Below are positions 1 through 13,540 of a stretch of 64,000 bases of DNA, piece by piece. The DNA comes from Ylistrum balloti (lineage: Eukaryota), in the NCBI RefSeq assembly GCF_031769215.1, contig NW_026782845.1, positions 186,001 to 250,000 on the forward strand, read 5' to 3'. Position 1 is the stretch's first letter. The number at the start of each line of letters is the position of its first letter. Made by a program: the position numbers and the translations under genes. Below the pieces are notes generated by a model. The model did not search any database. It was not told the DNA's origin and saw only the letters and a list, made by a program, of their open reading frames with translations.

Positions 1-21
1 AACACACATACTAAAACCTAC

Positions 22-3000
22 CCGTTGAACTGTGACTGTTGTACTTTGTTTGTAGTTAGTTCTTGTTTTGGTTCCTCCTCTTTTATATCCATTGCTGGAA
101 ATCCCTGTTCCTCAAGGGTCAAAGTTCGTGGCGGGGTCATCATCCCAACATATGGTACTGTCTGGGGTGAAGGGAGGTTATCCATATCAAACAGTCGAAG
201 ATTCTCCTTAGCGCCAATGTGTTGGCCTTCACCTTCACAAAAGCAAAAAACAACACCATATTAAACTAGTTGCTCTTGGTTTCAATCTGTAATGTTTCTT
301 CATATCCTGTTTACACATTAACAAGTGCAATGCATCTATCAGATTGGCACCTTAAAAAACGTGACAATATATATCTGTAAGAAGGGATACACACACGTCA
401 TCTGCGTCAGTATTTTTTTTAATTATAGAGGAAATTTGAATAACAAGTGGTTACATTAAACCAACATTAACAATTGTAAAGCAATATTGTGATCAATGGG
501 AAATTGTCCACTGAAGGTAAATGTTATACAATCACAGCTTTACTTAGTGTTATTACATTAATAGTCATAATAAATTCTTTATATAAAGAGTGTTACAACA
601 TAGGCAACAGGGCAATGAAGAGATAAATATAGATACTGATGGGCTAATTATAGCATTTGAAGTATTCAGTGAAAAAGCAAATCTAACTGGCCTACAAGTT
701 TATAAACTAGATACGTTATTTTCATCATTATGAAAGTGATATACATGTAGTTTGAAAGTGTTTGAAATCAAAATTTCATGTGTGTGAAAACCAGTTACCA
801 GCAGTGTTTCCAATTACCCCTGAATGAGAGTACAAAACTCCCTAAATTTGTAAAATTCAAGAATTGTGCCCCTTGTTTTCAAGGACCTTCATATATGAAC
901 ACATTGAGGGGGTGAACTGTATTCTCAGTTTCAAAATACAAGGGAAAACACTTTATCAGTATATCAATGCCCTGTGCCATGATATAATGAGGTAATATAT
1001 GCCTTCACATATCTACTATCTTCAGTTTACTATCTACAGCAGCAACACATTCACTCTCTTTCTGTATGTAATATCATGCTTGTCAAATTTATACATTCAC
1101 AGTCAAAACAAATTTAAAATCCATACATTATTTTTATACACGTAATATAATGGAAAAGGAATAAACACAGGGTCAAAGTAATTTCAATTGAACCTGTGTA
1201 TAAAGGCCATTTAGTTTTAAAAGCATTCTTCTCTGCCCTCTTAAGTGGTCTTTATAGACAGGTTTGACTGTATATATATGGACAAAGTTTGAAATATGTT
1301 GAAGAGTGACATAAATATCAGACAGAAGATACATTTATCCTGATCTAGATATTGTATCATAGACTAAGATATCTAAGTCCATAGTTGTATATAGAGTGAA
1401 TGCATATTTGATATCAAAACCTTGTACAGCTTCTGGGCTTGGAATTGTCTCTGGAAAAAAGAACATTTTTCAAAAAATCTTGTGTATGTACAATGACAAA
1501 TAGAACATCACAGGATTTATATTTCCTTTGAATTATTGAAAAATTAGTGATGTACTTATCAAATGAACTGGATTAATTCCATTTTAAAGAATAGGAAATG
1601 TCTGCAAGTTACATGAATAACAGTGATTTTAAGGACTCTGATATTTTCCTCCTGGACTCATGCTTTTCAGGTGGGACTCACTCACATTTTGAGAGAACAC
1701 TGTATCTTTTATTACATTTGTATTGGGATTAATCAAACTCTTGGAACTGCCACTCACGACTTCCCTAAAAAAAAATCCTAGCAAAATCACTAAATAATCT
1801 CAGACCAATTTATAAAAATATATATATTCTGTCCCTGTAGTCTATAAAGACAGAGAGACATGGACATGTGCAATCAATGATTCCTCAAAGCATCTACAAT
1901 GTATTCAACCTTATACCTGTAATGATATACCAAAATAAACAAAATAGGTGAACAGGACCAGACAACGCCAATGAAGATCTTCTGGCGTTGTCTGGTCCTG
2001 TTCACCTATTTTATACCTATCCTTGGGTACCGGACTCTGTATTCCATCAGGGAATCCGCTGTGGAGTGTAACCGGACTTACCAGCCTTACCTCTTGGACA
2101 TTGGATCTCTTTTTCTTCGTATTCAAAATAAACAAAGTTTATTATTATTATATACCACACAAGAGGGTGTGGGATGTATACCTATTGTCCTAAAAGCATT
2201 GCTTTCAAAAACTTACCCCAAAAACTCAAAGTTTCACGAAGGACACCATGATTAATATGGTTGCCAGGGGAACCGTATAAACTCTCTGATTACTTATAAC
2301 CAGTGAGCTAAAAAGAGCAATTTTCAGTTGTTAATAATTTGGCAACAGGTTTCATGCTGTATCACCTGCAAGTAAGATCCTGTCAGGAACTGTCATATGG
2401 TGGGCACTGACATCAGTGGCGGTTGACTGGAATCCATGGGTGTCACCAACTTCATCCTTAATAGGGCCAAGTTTATGGGGCACCTGCATCTTATTACTTA
2501 TATCTGATATAAACTCTGGGTCATAGGTTGATGGCTGGACATCGCTGTAGTCAGAGGGCAAGCTCTGCAGATGAGTTTTACGGGGGGTGCCCTGTAATTA
2601 AATCAATATAGACATCAATGAATTGATAATCTCAGGTAGCTTAATATGATAATTTGAATCATTCTAAATTCAAAGATATAGATCGTTATACCAGTATTTG
2701 TAATTGTAAAATAAAAATAGTTACCATGTCTTTGGAACAAACACATGCAAAATTTGATCATGTACAGTTAAGTTTGAACGATGTCTACAAATTCTTTGAC
2801 AATGACACTTTAAATGATAAATCAAAGAAAGTCAAAATTATCCCGTGAAATTTTAAAGTTGAAAACCTACTTCTGGATGTTTTTAGTTCAGCTGGTATAT
2901 AATTTAACAATACTTTGAGCTAAAATCCCGACACCACAACATAATGTTACACATACCAAAAACATAGGGTAAAATTAGATTGTTGTATAGCAGCACAGGA

Positions 3001-4734
3001 ATCAGACATTTATAAAAAAAAAATGAAAGTTTGATTTAGGACACACAGTACACTAATAAGCACTCATTTCGGGCTTCTCAAAAGGTTTTGATGTCTCACA
3101 CAAACTCTATCACTGACTTACATCATACAAAAGACACTGTCAAGGCCTTAGCCACCCATTACTGATCTTCTTCCTTACATTGCTGTACATGCATGTAAGA
3201 TAGCCATGCGACCTTGCAACAGTGAACCTGAAAGTCCCACAGTGCACAATCCTCAGCATGATCTTATCTCTGTATCATAAAGGATCTACCTGACTGTATA
3301 AACTCATCGTAGACCTGTTTTTTCACAGATGACTGACTGTCACCTCTACTGAGGTATCAAGAGAAAGAAGATCACACTTCTTTTCTGACAAAGTTTCAAA
3401 TAACTAGAAATTTTAGGTAATACTTGATGCATCAATTTAGCAGTTGAGAAGTTACTGCCAAGAAATGCTATATACTAAGCATATAGTATCCAACACTGTC
3501 CACCAAAAGGTACCATCTAACCCCTATCTCCAGATCACTATCCCAGAGGATATTCAATGGAATCCAATCTAAGACATCAACAACATCTCTAGCAGATTCA
3601 GTGTACATGCCAATGTTTTGATGATTTGATCATTCTTAGTGTCAGTGCATGCCAAGGAATACACTTTTATAATTATAGCAACTTTTAAATCACAACAGAC
3701 ATAATTTGTCAATCTGTGTACATGTATGCACACAAGTGCAGCAGATGATCAATTTTAGCAACAGAAATAAAAGACTAACAAACGATGAACATAAAAAAAT
3801 CTTTCTTTGATAGAACAATGCTTGTGGCAATGACACCGTATGTACTCAGTCAAATCACTGAAACAGTCACATCAGTACTAAATGATCATAACAGTCAACT
3901 AAATCTGTTAAAATAATGTAAAATGACTAAATCCATTGATCTTCCATCTGTTTTGTGTATGTATGTACAATGTACTCTCTCACCCCTGCAAAAGTGTTTG
4001 GAATTTTGAGATATATAGCAGTGTAAATGACCTATATAAAATGTATAAATATCTTAAATTACAGTTGATGTACTTTAATATCTGGCATGAAACTCATAAA
4101 ATAATAAATATAAATTTTAGGATTAATTCATTATCTTGATATAATCGAGTCGTATAAAACACAAGTCTGTATACAATATACAATCTAGTTTATTATTCAC
4201 CAATTAGAAATGTCACAATGCTGCATAAATTTATGACAAGGTAAATAATTTCTTCCTAAAAGTTGTTTACTGAATGTGCTTGCTTCTTAGAAACCTGATG
4301 TAACGGTCGTCGCCATGACTAAATTTGCTTATACTAGGCTAATTTATGTTTCATATACAAATTTGTGTTTTTCCCCAAATGGATAATTACTACATGTCGG
4401 GACCCCCTATACGTCCGATGCTTATGACAGCAGGTTGAGAACATATTTGGATTTTAGAGGATGCACACAAACACTTATGTGTCCTCTCATCTCAGAGAAT
4501 GTAAATATCTGAGCTTATACACATAATTGTTCAAATGAAATATATTGTTTCCCGTCACGACAATGCATAAATAGCCAGAGGGAAAGTCATTGGCAGATTA
4601 GCAGGCCCTCGCGGTGAATGGGGGTCAAACGGACGGCGATCAACTCCTGGTCTGACATTATATTCACTTATCAACTGATCAATAAATGAGAATGTATAAA
4701 CGCAAACCTCATTGCTATCTGGGTGTCCGTTCAT
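22..4734 (-). CDS. MFF: Mitochondrial fission factor, 5' part; coding exons 4708..4734 (tentative), 2366..2591 and 22..232; gene continues beyond the left edge
   Basis: Spliced translation MNGHPDSNE|GTPRKTHLQSLPSDYSDVQPSTYDPEFISDISNKMQVPHKL...HMTVPDRILLAG|EGQHIG...MMTPPRTLTLEE. It carries the two MFF N-terminal repeats (MxVP-x-KL and MxVP-x-RI-x-x-AG) and the TPPRxLTL motif. GT-AG sites and phases (0,1,2) are consistent. The first exon is the least certain. Confidence 0.85.
1183..1272. mobile_element. Small palindromic Tc1/mariner-like MITE remnant
   Basis: The right end gtggtctttatagacaggtttgactgta is an imperfect inverted repeat of aattgaacctgtgtataaaggccat. A CAGT terminus followed by TA is typical of Tc1/mariner MITEs. 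Confidence 0.45.
3070..3620 (+). mobile_element. Highly decayed non-LTR retrotransposon (LINE) RT remnant in an MFF intron
   Basis: Broken reading frames resembling SKGFD-V-SH-KL (compare LINE SKAFDxVxH) near 3077 and an F-x-DDC-like motif near 3320; many stops and frameshifts. Confidence 0.4.
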
Positions 4735-4822
4735 GTTGTCGGTGCCTGTATTCAGAAAACTTATCCAATATTCATCAGGAAATCTCTGACATCTTCGAAC
4801 TACCTTTGTGCACAAATATTGA

Positions 4823-4870
4823 TGACGTCACATAAATGAAAAGAAAACGGAGGCGGATGTCATATTTCCG
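4823..4870. promoter_or_regulatory. Putative MFF promoter elements (CRE palindrome, ETS-like site)
   Basis: TGACGTCA at 4823..4830 and TTTCCGG near 4865, about 90-135 bp upstream of the proposed MFF ATG. Confidence 0.35.
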
Positions 4871-6271
4871 GACAATTCTTCTCTGTATCGTCTTTTGAAA
4901 ACTTTGTGATGTGATAATTGATGACTTAGATTTAGTGCAGCACTTAAATAAAAGTAACATGATTTTCTTAGGGGGATAAGGGATACGGTTAAGGCCATTT
5001 TATTGAGCGTCAGTCGACATGTAAATTATATAGCGTTTCTTCTTAGACAATTGTAGGAAATAGTATTTTTTTGGTGGGTATGAACCTTCAAAAGTCGGAC
5101 ATTATTTTCTGAAGAATATTGGTATTCGTATACACAAGCACGTTACAATGTCCAATATTTTCATGACTCGCTAGTGTTATTGGTGTCACATGACGGGCCT
5201 CGTTTGTGCAAATTTAGGATGATACGAATTTAATCAGAAAAAACCAAACCCACTGAAACATATATGTATATACAGATGTACATTGCATAGAAACCTTGAG
5301 TATATACATTAAAGTAAACAAATCATATACTTACAAACATCATCTTATATGTCTTCTTTCATATTTTTTATCACTGTGCATACAGTATATGTACGTCAAA
5401 TTGTGGATAAACGACCAAGTTATCTACATTACACCGATACATACACACTGTATGTCACTCGGACTATCGCGACGAATGTTTATATTTATCAATATTTGAT
5501 ATTACGGCTTAATATCTATAAATTGATGTGTCTGTTTACCCAACAGAGACTGTTAAGCTGGTTGCAATGGCTTGTGATATCATTATTAATTAGTTTTTAA
5601 TTAGAATATTTTATTACATTTCGAAATTCACTGTCCAAGCTTGACCGTAATACATCATAACACAGGTTTAATACTACATATATGCATATATATATATACA
5701 TGTATCATGTTTCCAATTAAAACCGTTAAGCTAATTGTCTTAGCAGTACAAAATGGCCACATGTACAATTACACGTTAGGAGAAGCTGTGATTGGTGAAG
5801 GTTCAGAGACATCTTTTAGCAACTTATGAACTCTTCTCCATACATAAAATTACAAATAATTAATATATTACACGTGACACATATTTATACTATAAATATA
5901 AAGATAAGTAATTCGTAGACGTACAATTGTAAGTTTAAATCATTTTGTCAAAAGGAGGAAAATATGAGATGATAGGATAGAAAGAAAAGAAGAGAAAAAG
6001 ATATACGTCTCTGATTTTATATAAATTCTATATCAATTCTTTATCAATTCTTTATCAATTCAGTGCCGACTACAAACAGTTTATGATTAGGTAGTGATTG
6101 TTTCACAAAGTGAGACCAATAACTAAATTCTAAGATTACAATTTCATGTTTTTCAAAAATTTCGATACATGTTAATCTTTTAAAAGATTATTCCGGAAAT
6201 TTTACCCTTTTTAATTATTATTTACCTTTCACTTCGGGTTAGTCTACGCAAATGGCGGGAAAATTCGAAAG

Positions 6272-9200
6272 ATGGCAGCAATGTCTACCGTGTGGTCTTT
6301 GAACCGCTACGCCAGATTTCGCCAACTACAGCAGACAGAGGGAGATACCGGGCCACCTTTTAAAGGAAGTTGGGAGGAGGTAACGCAATGTACTAGTGTG
6401 AAAAGAATCGATCTTCCTAATTTCCTTCACGCATTTTCTTTGCTGTTCCCGAATGCATCGATTTCGATGGGGGTTTTTTTTTCATATCGAAAAGTCATTT
6501 CCAAGTTTGCTCGTATATTAGTAACATTAAAAAAGGAAGGGCGACAACTTAAGCGGAGCTTTTCGTGTACATAGGCTCCTCATACATCTAGTTACTTTTC
6601 TACCAAACAGTGACGCTGTTACAAAGATGAAGTGTAAGGATATTTATACACGCTGCACGTATGTGTGAGCTGGGGATCGACTGTCCGAGGGATAGTCTGT
6701 TCTAAATGAGAAAATGTATTTAGGATGAAATGTGTTGACGAGTATACAGGGGCTATAAGCATGTTTCCAGCACTAATATCAGTATCACAAACCTCCTCCC
6801 CTCCCCCTTGAGAAAACATTGCATTTACATACAAAATGACTAGTATGGAGTATCGAGATTTGAAAAAAAAAAAATCTTTAAAGTAAATGTTGGTATCCGA
6901 CCGACATTGGTGCCCAAACGAAACCAGTAAGTTGTTCTCGCAACCAATGTCATTATATTTGACTTTTGTTTCTTCAATAGTATTGCGGGGACGAAAAACC
7001 ACTGAGAGCTGTACTTCACCAGGAAGGTCAATTTGTGCTGACGAGAGGTACAACGGTCATGGTAGGTTTCATTTTGAATATAGTGCTTTAAGTCCTTGTG
7101 TCCATGGTAGTACAGGTGACCTCGACCCCTCCATGTCCGAAAGGGAATCGAACACCGGTCACCGAGGTGAATGGCTAGCGTACTAGGATTGTGCCATCGA
7201 TCGCTCATATTTATGTGAATTTATATTTATTTTTACAGTTCAATATTGTCTATGATCAATTCATGCCCTACTTATGTATTAAGGGAGCTAATAAAATGAA
7301 ATGAGGCCAATGCGTAAATAAAAACAAATAAACGTGCACGTGATCATATATTTGTAACTTATATGGATGTTTGTACATTATCAGATAATGATGAATTATA
7401 CCAATACAATGCAGGAATCAATCCATTTGAGGACAGCTGGATCTTGGATTAGAGGGACGAGTAAGGGAGACAGTGTCCTGTTGGTATGCAAAATCAAGGT
7501 ATGCTGTGCTATTTGTAAGTTACCCTACATATCATAGTCTATCTACTTTGTGGCAGTATTTATATCGATAACATTAACAGACAAAACAGTGTGGTGGTTC
7601 AGTCACACACTCTTATTTCCATATTTCACTTTCCCAACAACAATTCCAAAGGTTCTAAAGGCGGATATGTCATTCAGAATAAGCTTTGCCACGTAATTAA
7701 AAAATGTTACGATATTAAAATTCCAATGACATGTGAACAAATGCTTTTAGTATATGAGTTTATTTTTAAAATGTCTATTTTCTGTGCCTATGTTATCGGT
7801 TTCAGGAAGAAACCCGCCGATTTAGAATGCAGTTTTCGAGCTGCAATGAACAAACAGATGTTAAGACATGTCAGGATTTCTCTGAAAAGATGTCTGCATA
7901 TTTTCCAATCAAAGTGCTTCAACTTGAAAAAGACATAAGAGAGGTGTGTTAGTGATGTCCCAAGTACTTTTAGCATTTTAAATCCAATAATAACAGAAGC
8001 TGAGGTACTATAATTGACCTACACCCGACCTATCGATCTACTTTCGATTAAATATCTTTGTGACTTAGTACCAAGCTGACCCAGCCTAATATTGACCTTG
8101 TCCCTAGCTGACATAACACCAAACTGGTCTAGCTAAGCTGGCGGTGTTTTAAAAACCAAACGTGACGTAAAATGTGCATAATCTTGCCCCAAACTGACCT
8201 AGTCAGGCAGGTGAAGCTTTACACCAAACGTGACATAATCAAGTGGGTGTTGTTTTATACCGCAATATGGCCTCTATAAAAGCTCCAGGATTTCTGTTGA
8301 AGATCAGCTTTCGCATCAGCGAAAAACAATACAATTTACCCGAGAGACGTCACCGTAGTAAAGATGTCGTTGACCATCAGTTTATTCGAAGCTGATGCAG
8401 GTTTGAGATAAGTTAAGGGGTATTTTAGATGTTGTTTTATATCCTAACTAGTAGGAAAACACTTTAAAATTCCTATGTAACTTTATGGGGGAAAAGAATA
8501 TTCTAACAAACCCGGCGTGAGTTCTCTCTGAGGGAAGACACTCTTCCTCAACTTATTGCGTCATCCATCTCACCAAAAATCTTCTGTAATTTCATTGTCG
8601 TCATTAAAACAAAACAAAGGCATGAATTCTGTTAGCGTTAAGGATGAAAAACCTGTTGTATGGTAATAGGCACATAACAGAACTAACTCTTTGATTGTTA
8701 AATGTCTCTTTAATAGTCTAAGATGACTGTCTTTGACTCCAGACCATCCTATATAAAATACTTTTCGAGCATAACGGCTCTCAAGATAGCATTTGAAAAG
8801 AGATTCGCGGTATATGTTGGGAAAACCGATGTTACATTTGATGAGTGGCACTTTCTGAAATGAGATGGTAATGCACATACGCGACCTAATGTAGAGTTGA
8901 TGTTTTCAGAATAAAGACACATGAGAGTTGTCTACAGTAATTATGTAACACATGTAAATCTATTATTTCCTTGGAGTGTACATGTAAAGTGCTGAAGACT
9001 GTTTTCCTTTATCTTGATTTGATGATTCGCGGTACAATCTCTTGGGGATTCGCGGTACAATCTCTTGGGGATTCGTGGTACGTTCTCTTGAGGATTCGTG
9101 GTCAATCTCTTGGGCATTTGATGATTCGCGGTACAATCTCTTGGGGATTCGCGGTACAATCTCTTGGGGATTCGTGGTACATTCTCTTGGGGATTCGCGG

Positions 9201-12144
9201 TTCAGTCTCTTGGGGATTCGTGGTACAATCTCTTGGGAATTCGCGGTACAGTCTCTTGGGGATTCGCGGTACAGTCTCTTGGGGATTCGCGGTACGGTCT
9301 CTTGGGGATTCGTGGTACAATCTCTTGGGGATTTGATGATTCGCGGTACAATCTCTTGGGGATTCGCGGTACAGTCTCTTGGGGATTCGCGGTACAATCT
9401 ATTTGGCATTTGATGATTCGCGGTACAATCTCTTGGGGATTCGCGGTACAATCTATTTGGCATTTGATGATTCGCGGTACAATCTCTTGGGGATTCGCGG
9501 TACAATCTCTTGGGGATTCGTGGTACAATCTATTTGGCATTTGATGATTCGCGGTACAATCTCTTGGGGATTCGCGGTACAATCTCTTTGGGATTCACGG
9601 TACAATCTCTTGGGGATTCGTGGTACAATCTCTTGGGGATTCGTGGTACAATCTCTTGGGCATTTGATGATTCGCGGTACAGTCTCTTGGGGATTCGCGG
9701 TACAGTCTCTTGGGGATTCGCGGTACGGTCTCTTGGGGATTCGTGGTACAATCTCTTGGGGATTTGATGATTCGCGGTACAATCTCTTGGGGATTCGCGG
9801 TACAGTCTCTTGAGGATTCGCGGTACAATCTCTTGGGGAATCGTGGTACAATCTCTTGGGGATTCGCGGTACAGTCTCTTGGGGATTCGTGGTACAATCT
9901 CTTGGGCATTTGATGATTCGCGGTACAATCTCTTGGGGATTCGCGGTACAATCTCTTGGGGATTCGTGGTACGTTCTCTTGAGTATTCGTGGTCAATCTC
10001 TTGGGCATTTGATGATTCGCGGTACAATCTCTTGGGGATTCGCGGTACAATCTCTTGGGAATTCGTGGTACATTCTCTTGGGGATTCGCGGTACAATCTC
10101 TTGGGGATTCGCGGTACAGTCTCTTGGGGATTCGTGGTACAATCTCTTGGGCATTTGATGATTCGCGGTACAGTCTCTTGGGGATTCGCGGTACAGTCTC
10201 TTGGGGATTCGCGGTACGGTCTCTTGGGGATTCGTGGTACAATCTCTTGGGGATTTGATTGGCAATCTTTGGGGATTCGCGGTACAGTCTCTTGATTCGC
10301 GGTACAATCTCTTGGGGAATCGTGGTACAATCTCTTGGGGATTCGCGGTACAGTCTCTTGGGGATTCGTGGTACAATCTCTTGGGCATTTGATAATTCGC
10401 GGTACAATCCCTTGGGCATTTGATGATTCGCGGTACAATCTCTTGGGGATTCGTGGTACAATCTCTTGGGGATTCGTGGTACAATCTATTTGGCATTTGA
10501 TGATTCGTGGTACAATCTCTTGGGCATTTGGTTTTTTTTGGTAATTCTCTTGAGAAATGATAGTTCGTGGTACACGCTTGGGGATTTGATGGTTCGTGGT
10601 ACAATGTACCGTTGGCTAATCTGTTTCTTGACAGGAATAATTCATGGTATGTTTTTCGGAAAATCATTTACCTCACGAGAAATTCATCACTAAATAAATA
10701 TTGTTTTCAAAAGGACTGACATTCTGCCTAAAAAAATATGTTGTGTCAAACTGGAAGTTACCTCCGTTGAGGTGAAGTATCATCAAATTTACCACAGTAT
10801 CTGCAATCATTCCACTACATTTCTATTCCACAAACATATATTTTCATAACAACATTTACTCAAAGTTTTATAAAACTTTCGAAGTAGGTATAAATGTATG
10901 TAGCAAATACTGAAAAAATAATTTAATCTGAAAGTTGAGGAGTATCTGTTATTCAGCCAAAAGCAAATTACAACACCCCAGATTTCAGGAATCAAGCAAA
11001 TTTTCTCAAAGTATTGTATTATATTATGTTATATTATATTATATTATAAGTTAAATGATGAAATTTATATTACATTATTATAGTAATACTTTCTTGAACA
11101 TAAAATTTTAGGTGTGAAATATGTCATTTGTGATACCATGGTAATATACTAATGATATATAACATTCTATACTGTTTCAGAACAAAAACAAAGAATCTGC
11201 TGAAAGACACGAGGCAAATCTCCAAGGGGAGGTTACTCTTTCGAAAATCGCCAAGGTTGGTATTTATCTTTAAGTTCTGACTGTCGATAAACTTAAATAA
11301 ATGTATATAGTACATACGACATGAACGCTATGTTTTAGAGAACAGCGGAGGTAGGAACATAACTTACGGCATGCAATCAAATGCACGTTAAGTACTTAGT
11401 CCGTTTCAAATAATATGCTCTGGTATATATACTGCATTTCAAACTTTACGTGGTTGTCAGGACTGAAATTGCTCTCTCTTGTATATTGTTGTTTTTCAGA
11501 ACTATTAACACGAGGTTCCGAATAAAATCAGGTACACTTCAAATGGTTTTTTGGTTAGAATGTATCAGTTAACGATATTAGTTGATATATTGGCGTCTTT
11601 CCATATTGTTATGCTTTTGTTATGTAGGCCTGAGTTGATGTGGCGACAGATGTACAAATACTTAAACTGGTAGTGAAAGTGAGAAACGAGTATATATTTC
11701 GCAAAAACGGCTATATCGTGCGAAAACTCTTATGAAAATAACTTCTAAACCTAAGACTACACGTGTACTAACAATTTCGAAAACAGTATACATACCGTTC
11801 ATGTTTACGGATTTTTTTCCAGAAAGTTAGAAGTTTTGAGCGAATCAAAACCGATTATAAAATGTGAATTAAGATATAACGAAAAAATATTGTAACAAAT
11901 GAATATAATACTTTTTAGATGTTGCATTTAATGTCTTATTTCTAGTATTAACATGACGTTTCGCATATTTTTAAAGGTTGTTACAAAAGAGGAAGAAGCC
12001 TCGTTCCCGGCAGCTTATCAAAACTGTTGTAATATACCGGGCGACCATTTAGAATTCATCTTACGTCTGTGTTTATCAGATCCAACATTTCCTGCATTTG
12101 TTGAACAAGTTGAACAAAAGTTGAATAAAATAAAGAACAACTGA
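6272..12144 (+). CDS. REC114: Meiotic recombination protein REC114, about 217 aa; exons 6272..6379, 6981..7061, 7415..7498, 7806..7943, 11181..11255, 11977..12144
   Basis: All introns are phase 0 GT-AG. Translation shows the REC114 signature motifs WSLNRYARF, ESIHL...WIRGTSKGDSVLL, RRFRMQF, GEVTLSKIAK and the C-terminal FILRLCLSDPTFPAFVEQVEQKL. Confidence 0.9.
9012..10620. repeat. About 1.6-kb minisatellite with a 23-bp unit GATTCGCGGTACAATCTCTTGGG and 31-bp variants (+CATTTGAT), in REC114 intron 4
   Basis: Directly visible tandem units. The six-frame ORFs here show 23-aa periodicity (three units). Confidence 0.95.
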
Positions 12145-12339
12145 AGATTAGAAATTTACTTATATATTGTCAGTAGATTTGTTTAACTCTTCAAATAAAA
12201 AAAAAACTCAAGTTCAGCGTTTTCAAATATATATATATAAAATGGTACGAGGTATGGCGTAAACGGATCCTAAATACATGTATGCCAGATGTGGTCATAT
12301 GTATCATTTTGGAAAATCAATCGCCCCATACTCTATTCA

Positions 12340-12960
12340 CAGTGTCATCGGCACCATGTGGTCCCCGCATTCATATTTACTTTACGTAAAAAGGAACCGA
12401 ATGTTTTGATGTGCATATTGCATGTACTAAAGGTAAACTTAAACTAATTGTTGATAAAACGTAGGATACCATAGCCCTATTGCTGAAAAGAATGCATTTT
12501 CTTGTTATTTACATCAGAGTAGCTAAACACTATGACCCCAAGACGATCAAGAATTGGTGACCGGCACTCGGAGTTGAAAATTTGTTCATAGTCTTGTGTG
12601 GTATTTAACACACTTCTGCAATTTGCATTAAAGATGTATGAGTGCGTCCGCAGAAGAGCATTTTAAACCTTTATCGTTATCTTGATGGTAATGGTTACGA
12701 AAAGATAACTGACATTTATTAAAAGCCGTCGGTAACATTAGTGAAAACTGTCATTGACGTTATATCCTCATTGAAATTGAATCATCTGATAATGATACTT
12801 TCTTACTGAAACATTTAGACATATTGAGGATAATCTTCTAACAGGAAAAGTAATCCATCATTGTGTTGTTGAGGTACAAGTGTAATAATTAGTCTTAGAC
12901 TGGCTCTGACAATACTGATTTGTTCATGCTAAGAAGTAATTGCAAAGAAAACGACAACAT
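12340..12960 (-). mobile_element. Decayed Penelope-like retroelement RT remnant (tentative)
   Basis: Collinear degenerate motifs on the minus strand: LRLII (compare RPII), GYNV..VFTNVT (compare SYDV.SLFTNVP), RAMVSYVLSTI (compare GxAMGSPLS) and TGGTGCC-GATGACACT (WCR[YV]DDT with a small deletion). Confidence 0.4.
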
Positions 12961-13540
12961 ATGAACGATCAATTTGTGAAGCTAAGAAGAGAAAATTCTT
13001 TATCCCGACGACGAGTAATACGGTTTCAACTTTGTGAATGATTCACTTACTAGGATAGACATTATGAGACAACCAATGAAACTTAATTTTTTGAAGCATT
13101 ATTTGATCCTATAAGCATATGGTATCTACATTAATTTGGAATCTCCTTTTCGATCTGATCTTACGTGCACTGCTTGCTAAAAGCTGGGAAAGATAAATCA
13201 GATATAGGGCGAACGATAAATTGAAGAGAAGCTTACTAGGCGAAGAACTGACACACCCAGATGAGGAATACGTAATCTTTTGACAGACTTGTTCAATATG
13301 ATGATACAATTCTTATTGTACGAATTTACGATAGGGATTATTTTATTTTTTTTGACATTCTTAATAATAATTTCTTACATTCACTGCCTGAAAAATGAAC
13401 CTGAAAATTTTAAATATGAAACACACACACACACACCCACTCCCCCCCACCCCCCAATCCAAAAGACACATGTGAATATGAATTACACCTCAATTCAAAT
13501 TTATAATTAGATACAGAAGAGCCAAATAATGAATTTACTG

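Noticed and set aside
9012-10620. CRISPR-like appearance of regular repeats, or a possible ribozyme
   Set aside because: There are no unique spacers and no cas genes, the context is eukaryotic, and neither strand has a CUGANGA/GAAA core.
8941-10693. Many long ORFs (up to 302 aa) on both strands
   Set aside because: They are translation artefacts of the 23-bp minisatellite inside a REC114 intron.
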